From Octopus sinensis (taxonomy: Eukaryota): 64,000 nucleotides of DNA. Under the pieces are notes generated by a model. That model was not told the origin of the DNA. It searched no databases and saw only the letters and a program-made list of their open reading frames with translations. Of the stretch, positions 1-13,974 are shown piece after piece. Position 1 is the first letter of the stretch, and the number at the start of each line of letters is the position of its first letter. A program made the translations under genes and the position numbers. The stretch is taken from contig NC_043016.1 of the NCBI RefSeq assembly GCF_006345805.1, forward strand, positions 1,054,001-1,118,000, in the 5' to 3' direction.

Positions 1-64
<64 letters not shown>

Positions 65-298
65 TAACTAGATAGAGAGAGGCGAAAATACATAGATAGA
101 TAGGTAGAGAGAGAGAGAGAAAGAGAGAGATAGAGAAAGAGATAACCAGATAGAGAGAAAAAATACATAGAAGGATAGATGTTCCCTCTCTATCTAGTTA
201 TCTCTTCCTCTCTCTCTTTCACACTCTCTCTTTTATCTATCTATCTATCTATCTTTCTATGTGTTTTTCCACTTTCTCTCTATCTAGTTATCTCTTTA

Positions 299-339
<41 letters not shown>

Positions 340-387
340 CTATATATCTTTCTATGTATTTTTCCTTTCCTTTCTATCTAGTTATAT

Positions 388-421
<34 letters not shown>
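1..421. repeat. Compound (GATA)n/(GA)n repeat with a recurring GAGATAACTAGATAGAGAG..GAAAATACATAGA unit, inverted around ~180, ending in (TA)n
   Basis: 1-178 is GATA-sense and 180-400 is TATC-sense of the same unit; the unit recurs at 7200-7320 and 11117-11240. Confidence 0.85.
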
Positions 422-426
<5 letters not shown>

Positions 427-544
427 TCATAGTTTAGGTGTAGCCTTGGAAAGAAAAACCTACAAAAAAGACCAAGGTCACCTCAGACAGTTCGAAAAAG
501 AACACATGAGTAAGTCGCCTTACTTCTCGTTGTCTCTTTTGGTT

Positions 545-3500
545 TCAGATTTATGCTTAAGATAGTTCATACTGACCATTTTTGCCACTTTTACCCACTT
601 TTTATTAAAACATTCGTTCGACACAGCCTTCCTCTCTATTCTCATCCTCCTTTTCAAGTGGTACTTGAAAAAGTTGACGAGAGATTGACCAGAGAGGAAG
701 GTGTTTGTTTGCAGTCCTTTCAAACGCGTCCACTACACACATTCTTTCGCCATAGCCATCAGCGTAACGAAAACCGTTTTCCCTTCCCGTTTAAAGGAAG
801 GTGGTGGAATAATATTCACGATAGACTCGGCCGATAGGCGGGCCCGACCTACACGTGACAACAGCTGTTCGACGAAGGTCCACAGCTCTGAAATATCTGG
901 ACTCTGCACGAGTGCGTGCAGAACGGTTTCGTCGCTCTGACCACATCTCGGGCAGGTCGGTCCGGTGATGGTTTTCGGCCCGAACGTCGTCTTGAACAGG
1001 CGGGTTAGGAATTTCTCGTCGACGCCCAGGTTTGCCCCGCGTGTGCCGTCGGACCTCCCCTCCAATAGTCCTCTATAGAACGCTTTAGTCGTTTGTAAGT
1101 TGCACAAGTTTGACCCCGGTCAGCAGAGCTGCTGTAGAGCTTGGCGACAATCTCGGTGCCAATCGCCCAGTTTCGGTCTCTTTTTGATCCACGTTTGCAG
1201 TTCGGTCAGTGAGACGAGCTGCGGGAAGGCGCGCCTCACAAACGGCGCCCACACCTGTTCGCCGTCGTCGATGAAGTTCCAGAGATGCCGCAGTCTCAGC
1301 GCATGCCTGCGCATCATCACCCACGGCATTCCCAGTACTCCATTCAACGGATGTTGACAGCAAATGGACTTCCTCACTATCGGAACGCCACCCTTCCACA
1401 GGAAGCGGAAGAGTATGCGTTCCAGTTTGGTGATGGTGGCGTCGGGACAAGGCACGACGGTCAGGCGGTAATCGATGACGGATGCGAAGTACACGTTCAC
1501 TACCTCCACCCGGCGTTTTAGAGACAGCTTTCTCTCGGCCCATGTTTGGTGAGAGCGACCACTCTACTCGTGATCTCGTCCCAGTTCTTTTCTATTTAGA
1601 GGTCCGGACTGAACCAGACCCCGAGCAATTCAACCGGTCCGTCCGTCCAGCGTCCCACTACTGAGCCGCAGTCGGACGGCATGGGCTTGCTTCTCCAGGT
1701 GCCGAGTAGCAAACCCACTGACTTTTCCGGGTTAATCTTCGCTCCCGTCACCGTTTCGTATTTTCTTAGTGTCTCGCCTATCATCCGGATGTGCTTGTCG
1801 CTCGACACTATGACGGTGACATCGTCCGCATATGCTGACACGCTCGTCCCGCAACCCAGTTCCCGTGGGATGCCCCTCAGTGTGGCCAGCTTCCGCAGTA
1901 GCGGTTCGAGAGTCAATACATACAGAAGCGCCGACAGGGGACACCCCTGACGGATCGAACGCGTGATGTCAAACGGTTTCGACAGGTGACCGTTCACCCG
2001 AATCACCGATCGGATGCCGCTATACAAGGCAGTTATCCAACCACGGAAGACGGGACCGTAGCCAGCCGCCCTGAGGACGGCCGCCAAGTACCGATGGTCG
2101 ACCCTATCGAATGCTTTAGACTGATCCAAATTGATCAGCGCCCCACCCATGCCAGGATCCTTAACTACCCTGTCCACAATGTAGCGCATCAGATGGAGGT
2201 TGTCATGTATGGTTCTGCCCGGCACAGCGCATGTTTGCACCCTGTCGACCAGTTTACCAATGACAAGCGCCAACTTCTCGGCTATTACTTTGGCCAAAAT
2301 TTTAAAATCTGCGTTGAGCAGAGTGATGGGCCTGAAATTATCTATAAAATTCCCCTTGTTTGGGTCTTTCTTCAGCAACGTCACTGCACCTCAGCTCACG
2401 AAACCGGGAATTCTCCCGTTTTGTTGCCAGTTGAAGTAGACTGATGCCAAGAGGTCGTCAAACAAGTCTGGCATTTGACAATACAGCTCGTAGGGTAAAC
2501 CATCCAATCCAGGCGACTTATCCCTCGCGCAGCCCGCCATCGCATCCCACACGTCAGCGGCTGTGATGGGACTTTCACAACACTTCGCTTCTCTTGCCGA
2601 GAGCCGCTGCAGGTCGGTCATGTGGGCACTGAAATCCATCCCGCGTTCCGACCCACCACTCGCACCAAACAATCGAGCAAAGTGCTGTTGAAAGGCCTCA
2701 CACATCCTTTCGGGTTCGAGTAAACTGCATCCCTGTTGATCTATTAGAGACCGAATGGTGGCTCTGTTGCCACGCTGCGCCTCCGCTACCCGGGCCTCTC
2801 GCGCAGCTTCGATCTCTTCATTCCTTAAGGCACGCATTTTAGCTCTGACGATGCAACCTTCGTGCTTGGCGTTGAGGTGTTGGTCGAGGGCCATCCTCGC
2901 AGCCATCACGTTGGTTGCGCTGCCAGTAGTAAGTGCCCCCTTCTAGTTTCTTAACTAGGTCTCCCTCTACTCTGTTTCGATTTATCGCTAATTCCTTGCT
3001 AAACCTAATTGATTCCAATTTTATTGCCATTTTCAGGGCGAACCACCAGCGATTGTTAACGACGGCTCCCGTCAGCGCCCTCTTAATTAACTCGCTAATC
3101 CGGTTCCTGCAAACCTGTCGCACTAAGAGTGACGTGTTCAGTTTCCAGTAACCGGGACCCTGTCTATGTGTCTTATCTAAGTCGAGCGTACACGTCACAA
3201 ATTTGTGATCTGTGTAGCTGACTATTTTAAATTGTGGACATCCTACGCTATCCATATTCGCTGTCCTGCATAGAAATCTATCTAGATAAGATCTCGACGA
3301 TCCGACGCGGTTTGTCCAAGTCTACGTTGGCACGTTCGGATGGTCGAATCGGAACCTGTCAGACAAATGGAAACGTCTGAGTAGGTCTTTGAGGCACTTA
3401 CACCCCCTTCTTACACCCCCTATCCATTCCCACATAATCTAGATGCGTGTCCAAGGTAGCGTTCCAATCCCCTACTAACAGTAAAGGTCTAGACGTTCCC

Positions 3501-3889
3501 AGGAAAACCTCTAGACGTCTGAAGAAATCCGCCCGACCCGTTAAGGACGGTGCATAAACTGCCATCAGACGGAATGCACACCCATTTCTGCCATCCACGT
3601 CCAAGACAACCAGCCTACCCTCCGGGTCTAGGAATATTGTTCTTACTTTTACATTTAGACTCTTTCCAAAAAGCACCGCGGTACCTCCACCACCCATGTT
3701 CGGCAGACAGGGAGAAAAATAAATGTCAAATTGATCGCCAAACATGGACGCGAGGGCCCGCGACTTGCTGAGTCTGGTTTCACTGATAGCTACTATATCC
3801 ACGTTCAGTGACTTGATGTCGTTTAGAAGGTAACCTTGCTTCCAAGCCGACGCCAAGCCACGCGCTTTCACACAACCTAATTTAAGCAT
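545..3889 (-). pseudogene. Tx1 ORF2 (AP endonuclease + reverse transcriptase + zf-RVT-like CPRC finger), frameshifted
   Basis: ORFs 3398-3889 (SETRL, VYAP, GDWN: APE), 2391-2909 (KSPGLDG), 1596-2384 (NFRPITLLN, RQGCPLS, YADD), 733-1107 (CPRCGQSDETVLHAL). Confidence 0.92.
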
Positions 3890-3956
3890 AATTGACGTTT
3901 ACGAAAATTGTGTTTCACACACAAACATTGGAAGATTCATGAGGCAAGAGGGAAGG

Positions 3957-5345
3957 TCACTTACTCATTTCGAAAGTTTCATTTTTTTCTTCTTCTTTTG
4001 TAGTGTCTTTGATGAGGTGTTTGTATAGTTTTTTGGAGAGGTAACGTTGAAACCCGCCTACCGCATTTGGAAATATTGTTTTCAGTGTATGGTGTTGTGT
4101 TTGTGTTATGTGTACAATTTTTATGTGGTTCGGTGGTGTGGTGCGCGGATGATTGTTTGTCTTAAAGTCATCTTCACAGATGTCCGTGTTGGATACAATA
4201 TAATCCATTAATTTTTTATTGTCTGTGTCTATCGCAGTTAGTTGTGTGTGTGGTTTTGTGGGTTCATTGATTTTTTGATTGTCCAGGGAGATGCTGTCCG
4301 GAGTTAAATATCTCCGTGCTTTACTTCCTTGTTTGGTGGGCTTTTTTGATTTTTTACTTTTACCCCCTGTGGCTATTTGCCATTCCGTCGAACTTTCATC
4401 GTCCGACGTATCAGAAGAGGCAAAGCATTTGTGTTAATATGTATGCTTGTAGAAAATGTTGATGTTTTGTGCGGTGTTTGTGTTGTTGTGGTGTTAGGGG
4501 TAGAATTTGTCTTCTCGTCACTGATTTCTGTCTTTTTAATTGTCATCCTGGGTGTTGGTGTGGGTCTACCTTTTGGTTCAGCATGATAAATTGGTTGCGT
4601 CGTCAACGGTGATTTTGTTTGTACTGTTTCTTTTCTTGGTGATGTTGTTGGGGTTTGTTTGCTGGTTTGTTGTTTTCTTCTTGGCATTGTTGCATAATTG
4701 AGTGTGTTGGTGTTGGCAACAAGGGTTTTTTATTTGTTTTCTGATTTGTTCTTTCTTGTTTTTCTGTGCTAGAGCGCACTTGGCAATTAAATGCTCTGGG
4801 CTGCCACAGTTGTAGCATCTAGGCTTCTTGCCTTCTGCCACAGCATATAGGCTTTGCCCATTTTCTAGGTGGATCCTATCGGGTAGGCTCTCGATAGAGG
4901 CCCCCACAATCTGGATGGTTACTACTACTGTTTTTCCACCCCAATTGTCGTTTAGGTACACGGCTGTTTCTAAAATAGTGATCCTTTTCAAATGGTAACA
5001 GATTGCCCCTGTTATCCATTTGTTCGGGATCTCGTGGGGTACATTTTTAATAGTAATTCTACTCACTCTCTGGCCTTTGAAATAAGGTACCATTTTGATA
5101 TCATCATTTTCCAAAGATTCGGTAGAGTGAGCTTTTGCCATTTCCTGGTTAGGGAAGCGGACCACTACTGTGTTAAACTGGGGACCCCAGTTTATATATT
5201 CTTTTTTTTTCATTATGCTTTTTAAACATGTTTTTATATCCGTTTTTGTAATCTGTTCATTTTGTTTTTTGTTTTTTCTTATAATTTTATATATAATTGT
5301 CTTATTTTCTATTTGTTCCTTTATGTGTTGAGGTGTATGCAGCAC
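3957..5345 (-). pseudogene. Tx1 ORF1 (RRM-like region + CCHC zinc knuckle), frameshifted; N-terminal part extends upstream across the Helitron
   Basis: ORF 4578-5345 contains CYNCGSPEHLIAKC; C-terminal piece at 3957-4208; near-identical sequence in copy A2 at 18356-19565. Confidence 0.85.
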
Positions 5346-5569
5346 TAAATCTTACCCACGGGTTGTAAAGAGAGCTCTCGTTTCTATTAGCTCTTCATTT
5401 GTAAATGTTACTATTTCCTTCTTCTGACGCAGAGTGTCTGCGAAATTTACTCGTGTTGTTGATTTTTTTATATTAACATCTTCACTATTAGATAGTTCAT
5501 TTTTATTGTTGTTCTTGTTGTTGTTGTTTTTCTTAATAGTATTCGCGTGAGTTTCATTTTTATCATTTA

Positions 5570-6651
5570 CTAGCAGTATCGCCCGGCGTTGCTCGGGTTT
5601 GTAAGGGAAATAACTATAAAGCATTTTTAGAGAGTTATAGCCAAAAAATAGCAAAAAAATGCATTAAAAATGGAAAAAAAAATTATAGTAATTTTTTAAA
5701 AATGGTTGACTCATCGTAGACATTTTTAGAGAGTTACTTCCCTTATATAATAGCAAAAAAACTGCATTAAAATGGAAAAAAAAATTATAGTAATTTTTTA
5801 AAAATGGTTGACTCATCGTAGACATTTTTAGAGAGTTACTTCCCTTATATAATAGCAAAAAAACTGCATTAAAATGGAAAAAATGATGGTAAATTATTTT
5901 AAAAATCGTAGACTTATCGTAGACGCGCGCTAATACCCAGAAGGGCTCGATATGAATCACGACTTTATGTCCGGTTTTGGTTAAACCCGGTTTTGGTTAT
6001 ACCCGGTTTTGGTTAAACTGCCACCGCAAAATGTGGGAGTAGTTAGGAATCTAAATCGTAGGAGACAGACACACAACTTCACTTTTATATATAAAGATTT
6101 GTGCAACAACTCTAAAACATTCGGTTGTGCAAATTGTTTGCACAGGAAACCTGCCCTGTGTGGCGGTTTTTGCCGTTTTTGTGGATTGTTCAGCTTTTTT
6201 AGCGATTTCTGTTTTGGCGACTTCAAGCCATGAAGTCGTTGTTCTAAAAGAACGCTGGTCTCCTTGACAACGCTTTACGACGTTGATTTCTTACACTCCC
6301 TTCCCCACAGCTTCACGAGGGAGGGAAGAAGGGGAGAAGCAACACAGGGGCAGGGTGTGAGCATGGACGCCAACTCCGCCGCCATCGACACACGAAAAAA
6401 TATGCGTTTAAAATGGAAAAAGATTATGGTAAATTATTTTTAAAATCGTAGACTCATCGTAGACGCGCGCTAATTATTTTAAAAATCGTAGACTCATCGT
6501 AGACGCGCGCTAATACCCAGACGGGCTTGATATGAATCACGACTATAAGATACCCGAATTTGGTTAAACTGCATCGCAAAATGTGGGAGTAGTTAGGAAT
6601 CTAAATCTTAGGAGACAGACACTCACACAACTTCACTTTCATATATATAGA
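5570..6651 (-). mobile_element. Non-autonomous composite Helitron inserted in Tx1 ORF1
   Basis: Minus strand starts TCTATATATAT (6651) and ends in a CCCG..CGGG hairpin plus CTAG (5570). It sits between A and T with no TSD; the empty site CAACA|TAAATGATAAAA is seen in copy A2 near 17955. A second TC-type 5' end lies at 6097. Confidence 0.9.
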
Positions 6652-7108
6652 TGTTGGTCGTGGTGGTATTGGGGGTGGTGGTGGAGGTGGTGGTGGTAGC
6701 AGTAGTAGTCTCGTTGTTGTTGTTGTTGTTGTTAGTGATGGGGGTGGTGGTGACAGGGCTGTTACCGCAAGTGGTTGCAGCGTTCACTACCACGTCATTC
6801 AGGTTTGCACTTTGCGTGCATACGTTTTTTTTCTCCTAGCGTTTCCAGACTAGGAAAATGCTGGTTCATAAAAGAACGCGACCAGCGTTCTACAATAAAA
6901 TTTCTCGACATTAAAGAATGTCGAGAAGAAAATTACACAAATTAAATAGGGTTGAAACTGCCCCTAGGGGCGAATTCCTCCCTTGGAAATGCACTCAAAC
7001 GAAAGTTGGGTGCCTTACACACCTTATTTACAAAAATGTACACAAAAATTGGGCTATAAATAGTCAAAATAAACGATTACCTTCGGAGCCGAAGTGACAG
7101 CACGTCCG

Positions 7109-7198
<90 letters not shown>

Positions 7199-7319
7199 GA
7201 TAGGTAGGGAGAGAGAGAAAGAGATAACTAGATAGAGAGAGTGGAAAATACATAGAAAGATAGATAGAGAGAGAGAGTGAGAGATACTAGATAGAGAGAG
7301 AGGAAAAATACATAGAAAG

Positions 7320-7367
<48 letters not shown>

Positions 7368-7409
7368 ATATATATATATTATATATATATTATATATATA
7401 TATATATAT

Positions 7410-7452
<43 letters not shown>
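7109..7452. repeat. (GATA)n tract, then compound GATA/GA unit, (TA)n and (GA)n
   Basis: Direct reading; the tract abuts the Tx1 5' end. Confidence 0.9.
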
Positions 7453-7455
<3 letters not shown>

Positions 7456-8646
7456 GAGAATAAGTATGGGATGATGAGAAAATCTGAAAATTTTAAGAGA
7501 GATTATCCAGAATGTATCAATTTTTGTTGACATTTCACCCAGATTTTATAAATTAAATGATGCCAAACTTAAGGTGGTTTTTTTTTTAATAAAAAAAGTG
7601 TTTTAGTAGAGAAAGAAGGGCAACGTTCACGATCCTTTTTAGGGCCTTGTAGAAGAACGAGTAAAAGAAATGAAGATTATTTTTAATCCTAAGCCAGACG
7701 ACTTTTTCTGAATACTTAACGACATAGTGAAATCCCTTAAATGTACTCACAGAACCAGATAATGGTTTGTGAGCGGTGGGTGTAGTTAAACCGAGTGGCT
7801 GATTTAATTCTAACACAGAAGAACGTTTGAGCTGCTCTGCAATCGTCCCTATTTAACTGTCATTCAGTCCTTTGAAGAAATTCACATTAAAACTCGGTAA
7901 ATTCTTCCTCTAAAACAAGACAAGATTCAAGTGGTTGAAGATTATTCCGGTAAATATTTCACCTGAAACTGACAGTGGCGGTATTTCTCTACAGATTCAA
8001 TAACACTTCAATATCTTCTTCTGCATTCATTTGATCTTATTTGAATACGAGAAAGAATATGGCATTTTTCCAGTCACAGAGAAAGCTACACAATGTCCAT
8101 ACTTTGAAAATGACATATTAGAGAATGCTCTCATCCCGACAAGATTTTTTGGCTGTCGTGCTGAATTGCTCAGGAAATAGGTGTTTCCTAACGTTTACTT
8201 AACATGACTTGCTTTGACTGGGTGGTGTGGATATGTATAGAAATCTAGGCAAACAAATATTGCGTTTCAGCATGAAATATGTGTGTGTGACGGGGGTATG
8301 TATACAAGTTTATGAGTATACATGTATGTGCATAGGAGTGTGTATACATATCTGAATATATGTGTGTGTGTATGTGTATATATATGTATATATATATATG
8401 AATGTATACATATGTATATATTATATATATATCTGAATATGTCTCAGTGTGTGTGCATATATCTGTGTGAGTGTGCACAATTAGATAATTTCTGTGTGTA
8501 CGTGTGTGTATTTAAGCATATGTTTGTATTTATATGTGTGTATATATATATATATATTATATATATATATATAATATATATATATATATTATATATATAT
8601 ATACATACACACACATATATATATATATGCATACACACACACACAC

Positions 8647-8699
<53 letters not shown>

Positions 8700-8705
<6 letters not shown>

Positions 8706-8913
8706 TTGTGTGTCTGTGTTTGACCCCTAGCATTGCTTGACAACCGATGCTGGTGTGTTTACGTCCCCGTCACTAGCGGTTCGGTAAAAGAGACAGATAG
8801 AATAAGTACTGGGCTTACAAAAGAATAAGTCCCGGGGTAGAGTTGCTGAACTAAAGGCGGTGCTCCAGCATGGCCGCAGTCAAATGACTGAAACAAGGAA
8901 AAGAGTAAAAGAG
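8700..8913 (+). mobile_element. tRNA-derived SINE, 3' half
   Basis: CTTGACAACCGATGCTGGTGTGTTTACGTCCCC...GGCGGTGCTCCAGCATGGCCGCAGTCAAATGACTGAAACAAG matches the fuller copies, e.g. 34448-34876. Confidence 0.85.
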
Positions 8914-9238
8914 TATATATATCTTTTAGCAGAAATATATAGACATTGAGACTAAAATACGAAACAAAATTACCATGCGGAAACATATTTTTACATTTTT
9001 ATCATTCATGCATACATACTATTTACTGTTCATGTTTGAACGTGAAACTTCTATACTATAATGGAGAAAGCTGCTTATACATTAGGTATGCAACAATTAC
9101 TAAAAGTATTAAAAGAAAGCAATTATTAAAGGGTTGATCGTCTGGAAATATTTTTATAAATTAATGTTCTAAGAAATTTCATGTAATTTTGATTTCTCAA
9201 GTTTATTGAATTTTTTAACTCCAATTTCTCGCAAATTT

Positions 9239-9300
9239 AAATATTCACTGCATTCACTGCGGAGTAATGAAATACTCCGCAGTGAATGCAGTGAATATTT
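9239..9300. repeat. Perfect 28-bp inverted repeat with 6-nt spacer
   Basis: AAATATTCACTGCATTCACTGCGGAGTA-atgaaa-TACTCCGCAGTGAATGCAGTGAATATTT. Confidence 0.9.
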
Positions 9301-11116
9301 CATTTGCAAAGTCTCTCACTTTCTCTTCTAAGTTTTAATTCGCTATTTAGAAAACCGACACTTTATTCTATTAATGTATACCTAATGTAAACACATTATT
9401 TATTGAATGAAAACTTTAAAAAAATACCTGTATAATTTTTGAACGCAGGATAGCTGTGAGTTGGATAATTACTATTAGAAGACTAGTAGAAAAATGTTAC
9501 CAACAAGTACTCGAAACTTGCACCTTATTCACAATTTCCAAACACTCTGTACCACTAAGCCAATATATACACAAACAGCTTGCACGAGCGACTTCAACAG
9601 TGACACGCACATACACACATACACACGCACCAATACATACTCGCGCACACACATAGATACACATACTCTCAAATGAAAAGCAATGAATGTGTGTATGTGT
9701 GTGTGTGTGTGTTGTTCACTGACAAAACTTCGCGCTACGTCACTTTTGTAAAGGTCTGTCAGTGAACAGGTCGTAGTTTCAAAGCGACGAAAATATTTTG
9801 ACAGAAATGAAATTTTAATGTTGATGTGCAACTAACGGTTTTTGTATGTTCCTGAATGGCTTAAAAACATCTTCCACGCTACTATTGTTTTTGTTTCAGC
9901 ACACGATCTCTGATCAAGTCACTTGCTATGCAAGTACATCTCCGTAATTTTTTAAAAATCACCGTGGATAAATACCAGCAATGACCTTCTCAGGATTTTT
10001 CCAATATTCTAATTTATAAGCAGAAACATTCGGGGGCAGGGAGTGAGGTTGCAAAAAGTTCATAATTTCTCAAAATTTCTTTTTCATAGCATATAAATGT
10101 ATTTATGGGGAAAAATATTGAAAAATGTCAATACATACGAGAGTGAAAAAAGACGAGGTGGGTTGTCTTTGGATGTGCTAGAAACAAAAGCCAAATCACC
10201 CTTAAATCACTCACTTTTCTTTCTGAAAATATTAACAATCAAAAATGTTTTTTACCGAAAATGTTCCTCTCATGGTTTTGAAGTGCAAAAATAAAAATTG
10301 ACCGAAAGAGGTCCGGAGTGGGATGATGAGGGAGGGGGGCGTTGTGTAATAAAAAAAAGAGTTTCAAAACTTTTTCATACAAAGATGGCTCACCCCAAAA
10401 CCATCATTTCGAAGATTGTGGTTTTAAAAATATGAGGAAAATCTCCGAAAAAATTTCCCCCACAAATTTATAATCGTAATCTATGCTGTTTAAAAGAGAT
10501 TTGTATAAATTTTCATTAAACAATACCCATCTTCCTGAAAGTTATGGGGAAAAAAGTCAGATCGTGGGAATTTTTCGAAACTCCTCTCTTCACCGTCTTG
10601 GAAAAATCCTTACTCATAAATCCATAAATCCTTATATACTCTGAAGCTACAACATCTAAGCGGTATTTGTAGAAAATTTTGTTAAAAAGTATCCATTTTT
10701 CTGGATGTCATTCGGGGGTGTATAGATCTGTAGTAACGATTTTTTCATTTCATGTTTATTTCATTCATTGTATGCAAAGCCCCCCCCTCTCTCTCTCTCT
10801 CTCTCACACACTGCAAAGCTTACAGATGGACTACTGAATTGAAATGTTGCTTTGAGTGGAAAGTAAAACTTGACAAACTGCTTCTCACTCGGTTGTTGGA
10901 ATACCGTGATGTTTGTGCAAAAAAGTGAGATTATGACTGATAAAATAATTAAAGCAATATTTACTAAGCAAGTGAGCACTATCATACAAAGAAATAATTA
11001 GTCGAAATATATAAGAATTATTAGAATTGGGAATCAAATGTGAAAGTATTATCAAGGGCTAGCAGAAAACAGCCCGGAATGCGGTCTTTTTGCTAGAAAA
11101 CAGCCGGAATGCGGTC

Positions 11117-11408
<292 letters not shown>

Positions 11409-12721
11409 TAAACAAAAAACTCATGTGTAATAAAATTTAACACATTATAACTCTCGGTATTTTCATATATATATATCAAATCAAATTAAGTAACAAGATT
11501 TCAAGGAGTAATGCAGCACGATCGTTTCAAGCGGTTCTATGCAATCATTACATCAATTTAAATACAGAGCTATCTTCAGCTGCACAAGTATAGATTTTCA
11601 ACAGACAAGATATATTAATATAATTTTGATAAATATTTTAACAGAGCAAGAGAATGAAAGAATTTCATGTTGTCACTATTGTAGCAAGAATAGCTAAGAG
11701 AAGAACAGACTACAATTTTTGAGTGGCATGGAACACAGTAGAGGTCATAGGGTTGCAATTCATTTCCAATTTATCTATCTCCTTATCATCAACAAAAATC
11801 TAAGTCTAGAAGACTACTTATATTTAGAATAAATAGCAAAGTGAGTTGACAGCTCATAGCTGACTGTTGGTCATAAATTTCATACCGTCACGGGTACCCC
11901 TCAACACACTAGAAAAAGAAACAAAACTTTAGAAAGAGTCAATTAGATAGTAGTAAATGGCTATAACAAAGGTAGGGTAGAGGTGACATTAATTCATGAT
12001 ATTGTTACCAGTTAAAGGGGCAAACACTATGAAACTTAGGATGCAAAAATGAGATCTAGGAAAATAGGCGCTCTGTGGGAGAACGTTTATATTATTATGT
12101 TGTATAAAAATAAAATAAAATTTTGGAAATTCTAAAAAGAAATATCATAAACAAGTTCGTTAAAAGGGATATATAGATCAATTTAAATATTAAAAAGAAG
12201 ATTACTATTATGTAGACTCAACTTAATACCCCATCTTTACTTTAATTACTTTATAGTGACTACCTAAATAGGTAGTTACTATAAAGACCACTCAAATCAC
12301 TTACATATGGAATTTATCTGGACAGATATACATACTATCTATTGATTGAATGTAAGGAATCAGAAGTAGGATAATTAGATAAATGATAATATATATAGAC
12401 ATAATTAAATATAAGTATACAAGAAAAAGTGTGTACTGATATAAATAGGTGTAGTAGTATAAAAATAATGCATACAGATACATCTACAAAAAGGGATTTA
12501 CACACACACGCCATGATAGATCGTTCGCTCCTACACGCATTTTTTTCTCTCCTTGTTTCTCTCCTTGTTTTTTTTCTATGTATCTATCTGTCGAAGAGCG
12601 TAGGCTCGAAACGTAAAAGACTTGTTCTATTTCTATTCCTGAGTGCCATACTAATACATTTGTTTGTTCGTACTCCACCTGCCTTCGTCTTTTGTTTATT
12701 TTCGTAAACTTTCCCGTTATA

Positions 12722-12761
<40 letters not shown>

Positions 12762-12766
<5 letters not shown>

Positions 12767-13770
12767 ACACTGTGTTGGGCCCACTTCTCTTCATTTACAT
12801 TAATGACATTACTGACATCATCAAACACAGTAACATCAGAATCTTCACTGATGATTCCAAGCTCCAGAAGGTCATCAATGGCATGGATGACCGGATAAGC
12901 CTTCAGTCAGACCTACTGGCTGTTGTCCAATGGGCGGAAAAGAACAATATGTTGCTAAACGAAGACAAATTCGAACTGATCCACTTTGGAAGGGAGGACG
13001 CTCTGAAACTCCCATACTCCCTTCCTTCTGGAGAAATTCTCATGGCGTCTAACAACATCAGAGACTTGGGAGTTACAGTGGACAACAACATAAGCTGGGC
13101 TACACATATAAGCAGTTGACATGGCCCGCAGAATGTGTTCCTGGATTCTCAGAACCTTCCAGTCGAGAGATTCCCACACCATTATCCTTCCCTTCTCCAC
13201 TTTTGCCCGACTCCACCTTGAATACTGCTGTCCACTGTGGTCTCCCTACACGAAACAGAATATTATGAGAATTGAAGCTCCCCAAAGGTCAATCACGAAA
13301 AAAATATATGGCATGTCAGACCTTGACTACTGGGGTCGACTGGAAAAGCTGAAACTGTATTCACTCCAACGACGCCGTGAACGCTACCATATCTGTATGA
13401 TGTGGAAAATATTCCATCAGCACTGTCCAAATGATGTTGACATCACCTTCAAAATACATCCAAGGCTTGGACCCCGTGCCATCCGTCCACAACAAAAATC
13501 TAAATCGCATCTCATAACAACAATACGGCACAATTATTTCACCTCAATTAGACCCGCTCTCTTCAACATTACACCAGGACACGTCAAAACAGAAACTGAC
13601 CACACAGAATTCAACCACCCACACCCGGATATGTCTCTGTAAACAATAACTCTCTGCTCGAATGAGTGGTGATGCCCAAATCCTGAATTGAATGACTTCG
13701 CCAGGTGGTGTTATTAAGTTAGACATGGCCTGGGCCAGTACTGGCCAAAACTTTTCTAAGTTAATCTAAG
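12762..13770 (+). mobile_element. 5'-truncated CR1/L2-type LINE fragment (RT C-terminal half plus 3' end), flanked by (TA)n on both sides
   Basis: ORFs 12772-13119 (LGPLLFIYINDI, FTDDSKL) and 13121-13642 (HLEYCCPLWSP, LKLYSLQRRRER); ends in CTAAGTTAATCTAAGT followed by (TA)n. Confidence 0.85.
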
Positions 13771-13771
13771 T

Positions 13772-13811
<40 letters not shown>

Positions 13812-13862
13812 ATATATATATATTGTTATATTTCGGAATGGTCATTTTGCCAGTTTAGCCAA

Positions 13863-13953
<91 letters not shown>

Positions 13954-13974
13954 GAATAAAAAAATGGAGTTAAC

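Larger units (their letters stand above)
422..7108 (-). mobile_element. Tx1/L1-clade non-LTR retrotransposon, subfamily A copy 1 (complete 5' end, degenerate, 3' terminal ~190 bp missing)
   Basis: Zinc-knuckle ORF1, APE, RT and C-terminal zinc-finger fragments in order. The 5' end CTAC[G/A]GACGTGCTGTCAC matches copy A2 at 17494. The 3'UTR matches 22740-22870 but stops at its (TA)n tract. Confidence 0.93.

Noticed and set aside
7480-7600. Transposase-like peptide FYKLNDAKLKVVF
   Set aside because: Too short and degenerate to support.
9450-10720. Possible non-autonomous DNA transposon
   Set aside because: It looks repeat-like but I could not find termini, a TSD or a second copy.
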